Positions 9,223 through 19,495 are shown, counted from the first letter of the stretch. The stretch is 45,640 nucleotides of DNA from an uncultured Gammaproteobacteria bacterium (GCA_964455855.1 CAYVYQ010000002.1:1-45640), one strand, 5' to 3'. A program made the numbers and translations. The notes: generated by a model not told the origin, from the sequence alone.

Positions 9223-11779
9223 ACTAAGAGCTAAGTTTTTAGAGTACTTCAGTAACAATAATCATGAGGTTGTTGAGTCTAGTCCATTGATACCAGCTAA
9301 TGACGAAACCTTGTTATTTACCAATGCTGGTATGGTTCAATTTAAAGATGTCTTTTTGGGGTCTGATAAACGTCCTTATAAAAGAGCAACAACAACTCAG
9401 CGATGCATTCGGGCAGGCGGAAAACATAATGATTTGGAGAATGTAGGTTATACCCTCAGACATCATACGTTTTTTGAAATGTTGGGCAATTTTAGCTTTG
9501 GCGATTATTTTAAAGAAGAAGCGATTCAACTGGCATGGAATTTTTTAACAAATGAATTAAATTTAGAAAAAGAAAAGTTATGGATCTCTGTCTTCAGAGA
9601 AGATGATGAAGCGGCAGAAATATGGCTATCAAAAATTGGCATAGATCCAGAGAGGATTGTTCGACTGGATGAAGAAGATAACTTCTGGTCTATGGGTGAT
9701 ACAGGTCCCTGTGGGCCTTGCTCTGAAATTTACTATGATCATGGCGAGCAATATGAAGGCACACCTCCAGGATCACCTGGGGATGATGGAGATAGATTTG
9801 TAGAAATTTGGAATTTAGTTTTCATGCAGTTTAATAGAGATGCTGCTGGTGAATTAACACCTTTACCCAAACCATCGGTTGATACCGGCATGGGCTTGGA
9901 GCGAGTTGCTGCGGTGATGCAAGGCGTAAATTCAAATTATGAAACAGATCTTTTTCTAAACCTTATTCAAGCCTCTGAAGATGCCATTCAGTCTCCTGGA
10001 GCACCATCTCATAAAGTAATTGCAGACCATATCAGAAGTGTTAGCTTTTTAATTGCCGATGGCATCACACCTTCTAATGAAGGAAGAGGGTATGTGCTCA
10101 GAAGAATCATGCGAAGAGCTATCCGTCATGGATACAAGCTTGGAGCCAAGGAACCATTTATGCATGCATTGGTGAAACCATTAGTAAAAGAAATGAAATC
10201 TGCCTTTCCAATGCTCGTATCTAATCAAAAACATATTGAGGAAACTATTCACAACGAAGAGAATAAGTTTCTTGAAACTTTAGATAAAGGGATTGAAATT
10301 TTAGAAAAAGAAATTGCAGGCATGAGTTCAAAGGTTATCCCTGGCGAAATTGTCTTCAAACTTCATGATACATTTGGCTTCCCTTTTGATCTAACTGCAG
10401 ATATTGCTCGTGAACAAGATTTAGAGTTAGATGAAGGGGGTTTTAAAAAATGCATGGAAGAGCAAATTAAAAATTCAAAATCAGCCAGTAAATTTAAAGG
10501 CACTCAATTAGATCTATCTGCAATTGATGAAACTCAATTTTTAGGCTACGACAGATTAAATGCAGAGGGGAAAGTTTTAGGATTATGGGATGATGATCTG
10601 CAGGTAGATTCTGCAACTCCAGGAAAAGAATATATTCTTGCCTTGGATCAATCTCCATTTTACGCAGAGTCAGGTGGCCAGGTTGGGGATCAAGGAGAGT
10701 TTTCGGGTTCTAATGGAAGCGGGCAAGTGGTGGATTGCATTAAACAAGGAAAAATTTTTCTCCATAAGGTTAATTTGGAAAAGGGCTCAATTAAATTAAA
10801 TGATACTTTGAAACTTTCAGTCGCACCTATGATGAGAAGTGATGCAGCTTCTAATCATTCAGCAACTCATTTGATGCATGCAGCCTTAAAGCATGTGCTT
10901 GGTAATCATGTTGAGCAAAAAGGATCCCTGGTAGATTCTTCAAAGTTACGTTTTGATTTTTCACATCCCAAGGCTGTCACCAAAGATGAGCTTAAACAAA
11001 TAGAATTATTGGTTAATCAACAAACTCTAAGTAATGCTGAGGTAAAAACAGAATTAATGCAGCTTGAGGATGCTATAGCGTCTGGTGCAGAGGCAATGTT
11101 TGGAGAAAAATATGACGATGAAGTCAGGGTTTTATCAATGGGCGATGGTTTCTCGGTAGAGCTTTGCGGCGGGACCCATGTATCAAGAACAGGCGATATT
11201 GGGATGTTTGCAATTTTAAGTGAATCCAGTGTTTCTTCCGGAGTGAGAAGAATTGAAGCCGTTACTGGCTTGAAAGCCGTGGAATTAATGCTAGACATTC
11301 GATCTCAACTTCAAGATGTTCAAGGAATATTAAATGTTGGGGCTCCTCAGGTTAGCTCTAAAGTTGAGGATTTAATCAAAGAAAATAAATCTCTTAAAAA
11401 AGGAAATAAAATTAAAGATCAATCTTCCGTTGAGATTAATGAAGTCATTCATAAAATTAATAACTTTGATTTAGTCCTCATTGAAGCAGACACGCAAAAC
11501 ATTCAAGATTTGAGGCAGTTGGTTGATAGCTCCAAAAAAAGTCAATCTGAAAGATGCGTTTTAATTTTAAGCCACCATGACTCAAAATTGCTTATGGTCT
11601 GCGGGGTAACAGATGATATTCAAGAATCTCTTAGTGCTCATGATGTGATTCAAGCAATCGCAAAAGCAACTAATGGAAAAGGGGGCGGACGCAAGGATTT
11701 TGCCCAAGGCGCAGGCGAGGCTGAAAATTTTAAAGAATTTGTTAATTCTATTCCTGATATCGTACAATCCATCGCTTAG
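9209..11779 (+). CDS. alaS: Alanine--tRNA ligase
   Basis: 856 aa. Class II core (FTNAGMVQFKD, RCIRAGGKHNDLENVG, FFEMLGNFSFGDYFK), editing domain HxxxH (HSATHLMHAAL) with CGGTHV, and a C-terminal DHHA1-like domain. Confidence 0.97.
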   Translation: MLTSELRAKFLEYFSNNNHEVVESSPLIPANDETLLFTNAGMVQFKDVFLGSDKRPYKRATTTQRCIRAGGKHNDLENVGYTLRHHTFFEMLGNFSFGDYFKEEAIQLAWNFLTNELNLEKEKLWISVFREDDEAAEIWLSKIGIDPERIVRLDEEDNFWSMGDTGPCGPCSEIYYDHGEQYEGTPPGSPGDDGDRFVEIWNLVFMQFNRDAAGELTPLPKPSVDTGMGLERVAAVMQGVNSNYETDLFLNLIQASEDAIQSPGAPSHKVIADHIRSVSFLIADGITPSNEGRGYVLRRIMRRAIRHGYKLGAKEPFMHALVKPLVKEMKSAFPMLVSNQKHIEETIHNEENKFLETLDKGIEILEKEIAGMSSKVIPGEIVFKLHDTFGFPFDLTADIAREQDLELDEGGFKKCMEEQIKNSKSASKFKGTQLDLSAIDETQFLGYDRLNAEGKVLGLWDDDLQVDSATPGKEYILALDQSPFYAESGGQVGDQGEFSGSNGSGQVVDCIKQGKIFLHKVNLEKGSIKLNDTLKLSVAPMMRSDAASNHSATHLMHAALKHVLGNHVEQKGSLVDSSKLRFDFSHPKAVTKDELKQIELLVNQQTLSNAEVKTELMQLEDAIASGAEAMFGEKYDDEVRVLSMGDGFSVELCGGTHVSRTGDIGMFAILSESSVSSGVRRIEAVTGLKAVELMLDIRSQLQDVQGILNVGAPQVSSKVEDLIKENKSLKKGNKIKDQSSVEINEVIHKINNFDLVLIEADTQNIQDLRQLVDSSKKSQSERCVLILSHHDSKLLMVCGVTDDIQESLSAHDVIQAIAKATNGKGGGRKDFAQGAGEAENFKEFVNSIPDIVQSIA

Positions 11780-11797
11780 TTAGTAAGCTTCTTAATT

Positions 11798-13009
11798 ATG
11801 GAAACGATAGTATTAAAATTTGGCGGCACTTCTGTTGGGTCAACCGATAGGATTACTGCTGTTGCAAATTTAATTAAGTCAGCCACTGAAGAAGCATCCC
11901 CAGTTGTTGTTGTTTCTGCCATGAGCGGAGAAACAAATCGTCTTATTGATTTAGCTAAATCCTTTGGTTCTGAGCCAAATAAAAGAGAATTCGATGCGCT
12001 TGTTTCAACTGGCGAGATGGTTAGCGCGTCATTGGTTGCCATTGCCTTGAATCAATTAGGTCTTAAGGCTAAATCATTATCAGCTGCTCAATTTGGAATG
12101 AAAACAACTTCTAATTTTTCACGCGCAAAGATCCTTGATCTCGATAAAAATATTATTTTTAAAACCATTGAAGATGGCTATATCCCAATCATTACTGGAT
12201 TTCAGGGGGTTACTAACGAGGGTGATACTACTACCATGGGCAGAGGTGGCAGCGATACTACTGCAGTGGCAATAGCAGCCTCAATCAAATCTAAGCGCTG
12301 TGATATATACACCGATGTTGATGGCATCTATACAACTGATCCTAGAATAGTGCCTGATGCAAAAAAACTTGACTCAATCAGCATGGAGGAAATGTTGGAA
12401 CTAGCAGGTCAGGGTGCTAAAGTTATGCAGATACGCGCTGTTGAATTTGCAAATAAATATAAAGTTTTAGTTAGAGTTTTATCAAGCTTTGAGCCAGGTT
12501 CAGGCACACTTATTTTACAGGAGGAAGATGGAATGGAAGATGCTGTTATTACAGGCATTGCTTCTCAAACAGATCAGACTAAGTTTACTCTTCATGGAGT
12601 GGTAGATACGCCAGGGATTGCCTCTGGTATTTTAAGTCCAGTCAGCGAAGCTGGCATTGAAGTAGATGTTATTGTTCAGAATGTTAGTGTCTCGGGAAAA
12701 ACAGACTTTACATTTACTGTCGGAACTTCTGATAGGGTTGAAGTTGAATCTGTTTTAAAAGAAAAAATGCAAGGCATTTCCTTTGATGAGTTAATTATTG
12801 ATGAAGGCATAGGCAAGGTTTCGTTGGTGGGTGTAGGGATGCGTTCACATGCTGGAATAGCAAGTACAGCATTTAACGCCTTGGCTGATGCTGGTATTAA
12901 CATTCAAATGATTAGCACCTCAGAGATCAAAATTACAATTGTAATTTCTAAAGAGCAATTAGAGGACGCAGTTAAGACTTTGCACGAAGCCTTTAATTTA
13001 GGAGACTAA
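11798..13009 (+). CDS. lysC: Aspartate kinase
   Basis: 403 aa. KFGGTSV N-terminus, GRGGSDTTA motif and two C-terminal ACT domains. Only 18 nt after alaS. Confidence 0.93.
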   Translation: METIVLKFGGTSVGSTDRITAVANLIKSATEEASPVVVVSAMSGETNRLIDLAKSFGSEPNKREFDALVSTGEMVSASLVAIALNQLGLKAKSLSAAQFGMKTTSNFSRAKILDLDKNIIFKTIEDGYIPIITGFQGVTNEGDTTTMGRGGSDTTAVAIAASIKSKRCDIYTDVDGIYTTDPRIVPDAKKLDSISMEEMLELAGQGAKVMQIRAVEFANKYKVLVRVLSSFEPGSGTLILQEEDGMEDAVITGIASQTDQTKFTLHGVVDTPGIASGILSPVSEAGIEVDVIVQNVSVSGKTDFTFTVGTSDRVEVESVLKEKMQGISFDELIIDEGIGKVSLVGVGMRSHAGIASTAFNALADAGINIQMISTSEIKITIVISKEQLEDAVKTLHEAFNLGD

Positions 13010-14343
13010 TGTACGATCTAATTATAAAAAATGGAACCCTCGTAAATGAAGGGTCAATCTATGAATCTGATGTTGCTATTAAAGGAGATCGAATTGAAAA
13101 AATTTCTTCTTCGATAGACGCAGAAGCAAAAAAAATAATAGACCTTGATGGCAAATATATTCTGCCAGGTTTAATCGATGATCAGGTCCATTTCAGAGAA
13201 CCAGGTCTTACACACAAAGGCAATATTCAATCCGAAAGCAGAGCAGGCTTAGCAGGAGGTGTCACCAGTTATTTTGAAATGCCTAATGTTAATCCAACCA
13301 CAACCAATCGAAAGAATTTACAGGCTAAATTTGATCTTGCAGCAACTAAATCGCATGCAAATTACTCCTTTTATATGGGTGCAAGCAATACAAACATTGA
13401 TGAAATCAAACAATTAGATAACACCCTTGCTTGTGGGCTTAAAGTTTTCATGGGGGCTTCAACTGGAGACATGCTGGTCGATAATCAAGATACCCTTGAA
13501 GCCATATTCAGAGAAGCACCTGTTAATATTGTTACGCATTGCGAAGACACTCCAACCATTATTGAAAATGAGAAGGCAATTATTGCCCAATACGGTGAAG
13601 ACATTGATGCAACGTTCCATCCCAGAATAAGAGATGCGGCATCGTGTCTAAAATCATCACAATTGGCTTATGACTTAGCAACAAAACATGGCTCAAATCT
13701 TCATATTCTGCATTTAACCACTGCAGATGAGATGAAATTATTCACAGAGGGGGAAATAACAGATAAAAAAATTACGGCTGAGGTCTGTGTGCATCACTTA
13801 TTTTTTAGTGAAGCTGATTATGAAACGCGTGGAAATTTTATTAAATGCAACCCTAGCGTTAAATCAGAGCAAGACAGGTTAGCGCTGATAGATGCTGTGC
13901 AAAAAAATAAGATTGATATTATTGCAACAGATCATGCTCCCCATACACTTGAAGAAAAACAACAACCATATTTACAAGCTCCAAGTGGACTACCTCTCAA
14001 TCAACATTCATTGCTTGTTTTGTTAGATTTTTATAACAAAGGAATATTTACTCTGGAACAAATTGTTCAAAAAACCAGTCATAACATTGCTGAGCGCTTT
14101 CAAATAAAAGATAGGGGTTATATAAGAGAGGGATCTTTTGCTGACCTTGCTATCGTAGACTTAAGTGCAAACACTTTGGTTACCAATGAAAATATTTTAT
14201 ACCATTGTGGTTGGTCTCCGTTCATGGACTATACTTTTCCTGCTGCTGTTGTTCATACAATAATCAATGGCGAGATTGTTTTTGAAGATGGGGTTTTGAA
14301 AGAGCAATTGCCGATTGGCAGTCGAATTGAATTTAATAGATAG
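13009..14343 (+). CDS. pyrC: Dihydroorotase-like cyclic amidohydrolase
   Basis: 444 aa amidohydrolase fold: PGLIDDQVHFREPG, GLKVFMG (carboxylated-Lys position), THCED, HILHLTT, ATDHAPH. The first His of the HxH motif reads Gln (QVH). The start overlaps the lysC stop (TAATG). Confidence 0.75.
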   Translation: MYDLIIKNGTLVNEGSIYESDVAIKGDRIEKISSSIDAEAKKIIDLDGKYILPGLIDDQVHFREPGLTHKGNIQSESRAGLAGGVTSYFEMPNVNPTTTNRKNLQAKFDLAATKSHANYSFYMGASNTNIDEIKQLDNTLACGLKVFMGASTGDMLVDNQDTLEAIFREAPVNIVTHCEDTPTIIENEKAIIAQYGEDIDATFHPRIRDAASCLKSSQLAYDLATKHGSNLHILHLTTADEMKLFTEGEITDKKITAEVCVHHLFFSEADYETRGNFIKCNPSVKSEQDRLALIDAVQKNKIDIIATDHAPHTLEEKQQPYLQAPSGLPLNQHSLLVLLDFYNKGIFTLEQIVQKTSHNIAERFQIKDRGYIREGSFADLAIVDLSANTLVTNENILYHCGWSPFMDYTFPAAVVHTIINGEIVFEDGVLKEQLPIGSRIEFNR

Positions 14344-14387
14344 TATTATTTTATTCTTTTAAAGCGTTATAATCCTTGTCCAAAATC

Positions 14388-14478
14388 GGAGAGTTGGCTG
14401 AGTGGTCGAAAGCGCCTCCCTGCTAAGGAGGTATATGGGTATACTGTATCGAGGGTTCGAATCCCTCACTCTCCGCCA
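14388..14478 (+). tRNA. tRNA-Ser (anticodon GCT), long variable arm
   Basis: Acceptor GGAGAGT/ACTCTCC, anticodon stem CCTCC/GGAGG with loop CTGCTAA, long variable arm, T arm GAGGG-TTCGAAT-CCCTC, encoded CCA. Confidence 0.93.
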
Positions 14479-14481
14479 GTT

Positions 14482-15015
14482 TTATATATCCTTTTCCATT
14501 CTAACCATTGGAACAGTTTTACCCGAATTTGCCTCATAGAGGATGCTTTCAATAGGTTTGTATCCCTGGGTTTCATAAAGCAGTTTGCCCGATTGAGTAG
14601 CCATCAATTCACATTTTTTAAAACCCAAATTTTTTGCAGCTTGCTCTCCTAAACTCATTACTAGAGAACCAACACCCATTCTTATCCAGTTAGGATGAGT
14701 ATACATAGCTCTAATTCGAGCTGAATCTGAAGTCGGATTAAGAAACTTATCATCTCTATTGGGCGTATGATTGCCACCAAATAAAGTCTCTCTGTTGCTC
14801 CATCCACCACATCCAACAAAATTTGTATCACTGAAGATCATAAAATAAGTTTGATCTTTAATAAGTTGATCATCTAGCCCCATGCTATCGAATGAAGCCT
14901 CTAATTGATCAGAATTAAGTAATGGCCCCAAGAGTTGGGTGATTGATAGTTTCATCAACTTTTGGATAGCTGGAATATCATCAAGTTCGGCTATTCTATG
15001 GGTAAACTCATGCAT
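14482..15015 (-). CDS. GNAT family N-acetyltransferase
   Basis: 177 aa with an acetyl-CoA binding region (IRAMYTHPNWIRMGVGSLVMSLGEQAAKNLG) and a C-terminal YxxxGY-like motif. Its stop lies 3 nt from the tRNA-Ser 3' end. Confidence 0.8.
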   Translation of the reverse strand: MHEFTHRIAELDDIPAIQKLMKLSITQLLGPLLNSDQLEASFDSMGLDDQLIKDQTYFMIFSDTNFVGCGGWSNRETLFGGNHTPNRDDKFLNPTSDSARIRAMYTHPNWIRMGVGSLVMSLGEQAAKNLGFKKCELMATQSGKLLYETQGYKPIESILYEANSGKTVPMVRMEKDI

Positions 15016-15093
15016 ATTTTTTGTATTTTAATCTCCATGATTATTATAGTAACTGTTAAAATATTTTTATAAATTTCTCCTATTTTTTATTGC

Positions 15094-16401
15094 ATGAGCT
15101 CATCAAACTCAGAAAATCCTGTATCTGCTTTCGATAGTACTCTGGATGATATCTTGGAATTGCTTGAGGAGGATACCCAGCATTTTATTTATCTAACTGG
15201 TGCAGCTGGAACGGGTAAAACAACTCTGATAGAGAGAGTGAAAGATGAGTGTTTACTTAAAAAAATGGTTGTTGCCCCAACCGGGGTTGCAGCATTAAAT
15301 ATTGGTGGGAGTACTATTAATTCAGCATTTAGAATTGGCTTTGATACCTTTCCGGTGATTCAAGAATCAAAGGATCCACGCTTTAAAAAATTATTAAAAA
15401 ACCTTGAGTTACTCATTATCGATGAAATTTCTATGGTTAGAGCGCCCATGCTTGATGCCATTTCTGAGACATTACAAATACATCGTAATTCATCCAAACC
15501 ATTTGGCGGAATCCATGTGCTGGCTTGCGGTGATCTATTTCAGTTACCCCCGGTAGTTAAAGAGAATGAAGAAACTGCAATTTTTGAAAGATATGAATCG
15601 GTATATTTTTTTAGTGCAGATAATTTTCAAGCCATTGAAAAACCATCTTTTTTTGAATTGGTGAGCTCATTCAGGCAACAAGATGATAAAGAGTTTTATG
15701 ATTTATTGAATAATGTTCGTCTTGGTCAGAACCTTGAAGCCTCAATCAAGAAAATTAATCAGACCTGCCATAATCCAGAATTTGATACTGAGTCATCACT
15801 TATTATTACTTCAAGAAAATATCGAGCCGAACAAATCAATGAAGAAATGTTGAATTTAATCGATGGTCCAGCGACTGCTGCAAAATCAAAAGAGCAAGGC
15901 GAGCTCAATGAAAATGATCTGCCTGCTCCAAGAGAGCTCCGTGTAAAAGAGGATGCCAAGGTCATGTTTATTAAAAATGATCCTGATGGAAGGTGGGTCA
16001 ATGGCACAATTGGAGTGGTGATTGATTGTTCGGATAAAAATAAGAAGGTGATCAAGGTAAAAGTTGGAAAAGAAGTATTTAAGGTTAAAAGGGAAGAATG
16101 GAATAAAGTTAGATACGTCTATGACGAATTTAATGATGAAATGGAAGAAGAGGTTGTCTCATCTTTTAAGCAATTTCCTCTTAAATTAGGTTGGGCGGTT
16201 ACCATCCACAAGGCTCAAGGTTTAACTCTTGAAAGTTGCTCTGTAGACCTAGGGGACGGAGCTTTTGCTACTGGTCAAGCATATGTAGCTCTAAGTAGAT
16301 GCAAAACCTTAGACTCTTTAAATTTATATAGAGAACTCAAAGTCAGAGATGCTTTGGTTGATCCAGATATTCAAGATTTTCATGCAGAACACTTTGGATA
16401 G
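15094..16401 (+). CDS. Pif1-family (RecD-like SF1B) DNA helicase
   Basis: Walker A GAAGTGKTT, Walker B IIDEISMV, Pif1 signature stretch KPFGGIHVLACGDLFQLPPV, and C-terminal TIHKAQGLTLE ... YVALSRCKTLDSL. Confidence 0.85.
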   Translation: MSSSNSENPVSAFDSTLDDILELLEEDTQHFIYLTGAAGTGKTTLIERVKDECLLKKMVVAPTGVAALNIGGSTINSAFRIGFDTFPVIQESKDPRFKKLLKNLELLIIDEISMVRAPMLDAISETLQIHRNSSKPFGGIHVLACGDLFQLPPVVKENEETAIFERYESVYFFSADNFQAIEKPSFFELVSSFRQQDDKEFYDLLNNVRLGQNLEASIKKINQTCHNPEFDTESSLIITSRKYRAEQINEEMLNLIDGPATAAKSKEQGELNENDLPAPRELRVKEDAKVMFIKNDPDGRWVNGTIGVVIDCSDKNKKVIKVKVGKEVFKVKREEWNKVRYVYDEFNDEMEEEVVSSFKQFPLKLGWAVTIHKAQGLTLESCSVDLGDGAFATGQAYVALSRCKTLDSLNLYRELKVRDALVDPDIQDFHAEHFG

Positions 16402-16436
16402 TTCTACAATAGAATTTTACTTTTCTAATTGAGTGC

Positions 16437-17807
16437 ATGGAAAATCTGATATCTCATATTGCTGAATTAATAATTAAATTTTCTGATTTTGTTTGGGAGT
16501 GGAATGCTCCGTTTTTGGTTGGGGCAGGAATATACTTTCTTATCTTTTCAAAACTTACCCCTTTTAAATATATCCGTCATGCTTTCGACTTAATTAGAGG
16601 CAAGCATACAAAACAAGAAGACATTGGAGAAGTTACGCATTTTCAAGCTTTAACTACAGCATTATCCGGCACCATTGGGCTAGGAAATATTTCTGGTGTT
16701 GCTCTCGCCATAGGTTATGGTGGCCCAGGAGTAATTTTTTGGATGTGGGTGACTGCAATCGTTGGCATAGCAACTAAATTTTTTACTTGCACCTTATCTG
16801 TCATGTATCGAGATGTGGATGAGGATGGCACAGTTCGTAGCGGACCTATGTACATTATTAAAAATGCACTTCCTAAGTCTATGATGCCATTGGCCTATTT
16901 TTTTGCAGCGGCTGGTTTAATTGGTGCCTTACCCGGATTTCAGAGCAATCAAATGGTTCAAATGCTTGAAACCATCCCAGTATTTGATTTCAAATATTTT
17001 AATTTAATAGCTGGAATAGTTTTAGCTGCAATCACTGGAGCTATAATTTTTGGTGGATTGGTGAGAATAGCAAAGGTTTCTCAATGGCTTGTCCCTTTCA
17101 TGAGCATCTTATATTTTGGCTCTATCATGGTTGCTCTAATATTAAATTTTGACGCGGTTATTCCTGCATTTCAAATTATTATCAAAGATGCTTTTACAGG
17201 CTCAGCAGTTGCCGGGGGAAGTGTTATAGCTGTAATTATCATGGGTGTTAAAAGAAGTGCTCATTCCAATGAAGCAGGCATAGGAACAGAGTCACTTGTT
17301 CATGGTGCTGCGAAGACTTCAAATCCAGTCAAACAAGGCTTAGTTGCCATGCTTGGACCTATTTTTGATACTTTGATAATGTGCACATCTACTGCATTGT
17401 TAATTATTATTTCAGGTGTTTGGTTAAACATAGGCTCGGGTGTTGAGGGTGTTAAATTAACTGCCGAAGCATTTAGCGTTCTTCTAGGTCCGGTGGGATA
17501 TGCAATTTTGCTTACCTGTGTCGTCAGCTTTGGAGCCAGCACTATCTTTACTTACTCATTTTATGGCTCTGCTTGCGCCCAATTTTTATTTGGTAAAAAA
17601 GGAGTAAAAGTTTATCAGTGGGTCATTATTTTCTTTGTTGTCGTCTTTGCAGTCATACCCGTGAAGACCGCCATTGCTGTTATTGATCTTTCATTTGCAT
17701 TTATGGCAATACCAACATTAATTTCATCAGTTTGGTTGGCTCCGAAGGTAATTGAAAAGGCAAAAGATTATTTTGCAACTCTGGAGCCTAAGACTTCTTC
17801 TGTTTAA
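16437..17807 (+). CDS. Sodium:alanine symporter family (AGCS) transporter
   Basis: 456-aa polytopic membrane protein with the family signature GLGNISGVALAIGYGGPGVIFWMW. Confidence 0.88.
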   Translation: MENLISHIAELIIKFSDFVWEWNAPFLVGAGIYFLIFSKLTPFKYIRHAFDLIRGKHTKQEDIGEVTHFQALTTALSGTIGLGNISGVALAIGYGGPGVIFWMWVTAIVGIATKFFTCTLSVMYRDVDEDGTVRSGPMYIIKNALPKSMMPLAYFFAAAGLIGALPGFQSNQMVQMLETIPVFDFKYFNLIAGIVLAAITGAIIFGGLVRIAKVSQWLVPFMSILYFGSIMVALILNFDAVIPAFQIIIKDAFTGSAVAGGSVIAVIIMGVKRSAHSNEAGIGTESLVHGAAKTSNPVKQGLVAMLGPIFDTLIMCTSTALLIIISGVWLNIGSGVEGVKLTAEAFSVLLGPVGYAILLTCVVSFGASTIFTYSFYGSACAQFLFGKKGVKVYQWVIIFFVVVFAVIPVKTAIAVIDLSFAFMAIPTLISSVWLAPKVIEKAKDYFATLEPKTSSV

Positions 17808-17809
17808 GT

Positions 17810-19408
17810 TTATCCGTCTTTTAAAATTTCTCTAGCTGCATTTTTTCCAGGAAGGCCGGTGACACCGCCACCTGGGTGAGTGCCTGAGCCACACATATAC
17901 AATGATTTTAGCGGCCCTCTGTAGTTTCCATAATTCATTAAGGGTCTCGCAGCCCACATTTGATCGAGAGACATTTGTCCATGCATAATATCTCCACCAA
18001 TTAATCCAAATTTTTCTTCTAAGTCTAATGGCGACAAAATCATCATTCCTAAAATAGACTCCCTAAAATTGGGCGCATGCTTTGTCACAGTTTCTATAAT
18101 TGTATCTGCAGCAGCCAATCGATGATCATGCCATGAGCTGCCATCTGGTAGAGTAGGAGAGAATTGCTGACAGAATAGAGATGCAACATGTTGACCTTCT
18201 GGAGCTAAAGTAGTATCCATGGTTGAGGGAATTAACATTTCTACAATTGGTGCAGAAGACCAGCCATGAGACTTAGCATCGATATAAGCTTTGTCCATGT
18301 AATCTAAAGTAGGCGCTATAACAATACCGCTTTGATGATGCTCAGCTATTTCTTTACCAGGTAGAGCAGAAAAATCTGGCAATTCAGATAGAGCAACATT
18401 CATCCTAAAAGTCCCAGATCCACATTTATACCCATCCATGCTGCGATTAAACTCAGGATCTAATTCATCCTCAGAGATTAATTTTTTATATAGGAGCTTA
18501 GGATTGAGATTTGAGATTATTTTTTTAGCTTTTCTTGTGCTTCCATCATCTAATTGAATTCCAATAGCGGCGCCATCTTCAACAATCACTTTATCCACCG
18601 ATGCATTTGTAAAGATCTCAACTCCATTTTCCTTGCATGCTTTTTCCATAGCCTGAGTGATTGTGCCCATGCCACCAATAGCATGTCCCCAGGCGCCTTT
18701 TTCTCCATCAACCTCGCCAAACACATGATGTAATAATACATATGCTGAACCTGGTGTATCTGGACTAGCAAAATTACCAACTATTGAATCAAAACCAAAA
18801 GCAGCTTTTATGTGTTCGTTTTCAAACCATGCATCAAGAAAAGACCGCGCGCTTTTGGTAAAAAGATCATACACATCTCTATGCACTTGATTGCCTTTAG
18901 TTGCTATTGGCCAAAGTTGTAAAGCAGCATTTAGTGCTGCCCTAAGGCCTTGTTTTGGATTGGGCGGTGTTTTTATCGAAAGGTCTCTTAATACATCAGC
19001 CACTGCCTCTATTCGTTCATAATATTCTGGCAATCGAGCAGCATCTTTTTCAGAAAATTTTTTAAATTCATTTTGAGTTCTTTCTAAGCCACCGCCTAGT
19101 TTTAAATAGGTCTTATTATCAATGGGAAGGAAATTTGAAATAGGGCGCTTTACAATTTTCAAGCCATATTCTTTTAGCTTCATATCTTTGATGATTTCTG
19201 GATTCAATAAACTGACTGTATAACTGGCAACTGAGTTTCTAAATCCAGGATGAAATTCCTCAGTTACTGCTGCGCCTCCTACAATAGATCTTCTTTCATA
19301 GACATGAACTTTTAAGCCCTTTGTTGCTAAATAATATGCGCATACCAAACCATTGTGTCCGCCGCCAATAATGATCGCATCTGATGATAAATTTTGAGAA
19401 TTAGGCAT
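17810..19408 (-). CDS. Phytoene-desaturase-family (CrtI-like) NAD(P)/FAD-dependent oxidoreductase
   Basis: 532 aa. N-terminal dinucleotide fold IIIGGGHNGLVCAYYLATKGLKVHVYERRSIVGGAA and a C-terminal GSGTHPGGGVTG motif typical of the family. Specific substrate unknown. Confidence 0.8.
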   Translation of the reverse strand: MPNSQNLSSDAIIIGGGHNGLVCAYYLATKGLKVHVYERRSIVGGAAVTEEFHPGFRNSVASYTVSLLNPEIIKDMKLKEYGLKIVKRPISNFLPIDNKTYLKLGGGLERTQNEFKKFSEKDAARLPEYYERIEAVADVLRDLSIKTPPNPKQGLRAALNAALQLWPIATKGNQVHRDVYDLFTKSARSFLDAWFENEHIKAAFGFDSIVGNFASPDTPGSAYVLLHHVFGEVDGEKGAWGHAIGGMGTITQAMEKACKENGVEIFTNASVDKVIVEDGAAIGIQLDDGSTRKAKKIISNLNPKLLYKKLISEDELDPEFNRSMDGYKCGSGTFRMNVALSELPDFSALPGKEIAEHHQSGIVIAPTLDYMDKAYIDAKSHGWSSAPIVEMLIPSTMDTTLAPEGQHVASLFCQQFSPTLPDGSSWHDHRLAAADTIIETVTKHAPNFRESILGMMILSPLDLEEKFGLIGGDIMHGQMSLDQMWAARPLMNYGNYRGPLKSLYMCGSGTHPGGGVTGLPGKNAAREILKDG

Positions 19409-19495
19409 TAATCTATTATACCTTTCAATGAATCTTACAAATAAATAATGTATATTAAATAGATAAATATATTTTTTTATATGAGGTAATAAAAA

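Noticed and set aside
11780-11797. Lysine riboswitch (L-box) leader upstream of lysC
   Set aside because: Only 18 nt separate the alaS stop from the lysC start, which is far too short for a riboswitch.
14482-15015. GNAT as the toxin of a GNAT/RHH toxin-antitoxin pair
   Set aside because: No small partner ORF lies upstream or downstream. The neighbours are a tRNA gene 3 nt away and a 78-nt divergent promoter region.
14388-16436. Genomic island integrated at tRNA-Ser (GNAT plus Pif1 helicase)
   Set aside because: There is no integrase or recombinase. I found no direct repeat of the tRNA 3' end by eye downstream of the helicase, and no other mobile-element genes. This is kept only as a low-key question under the Pif1 finding.
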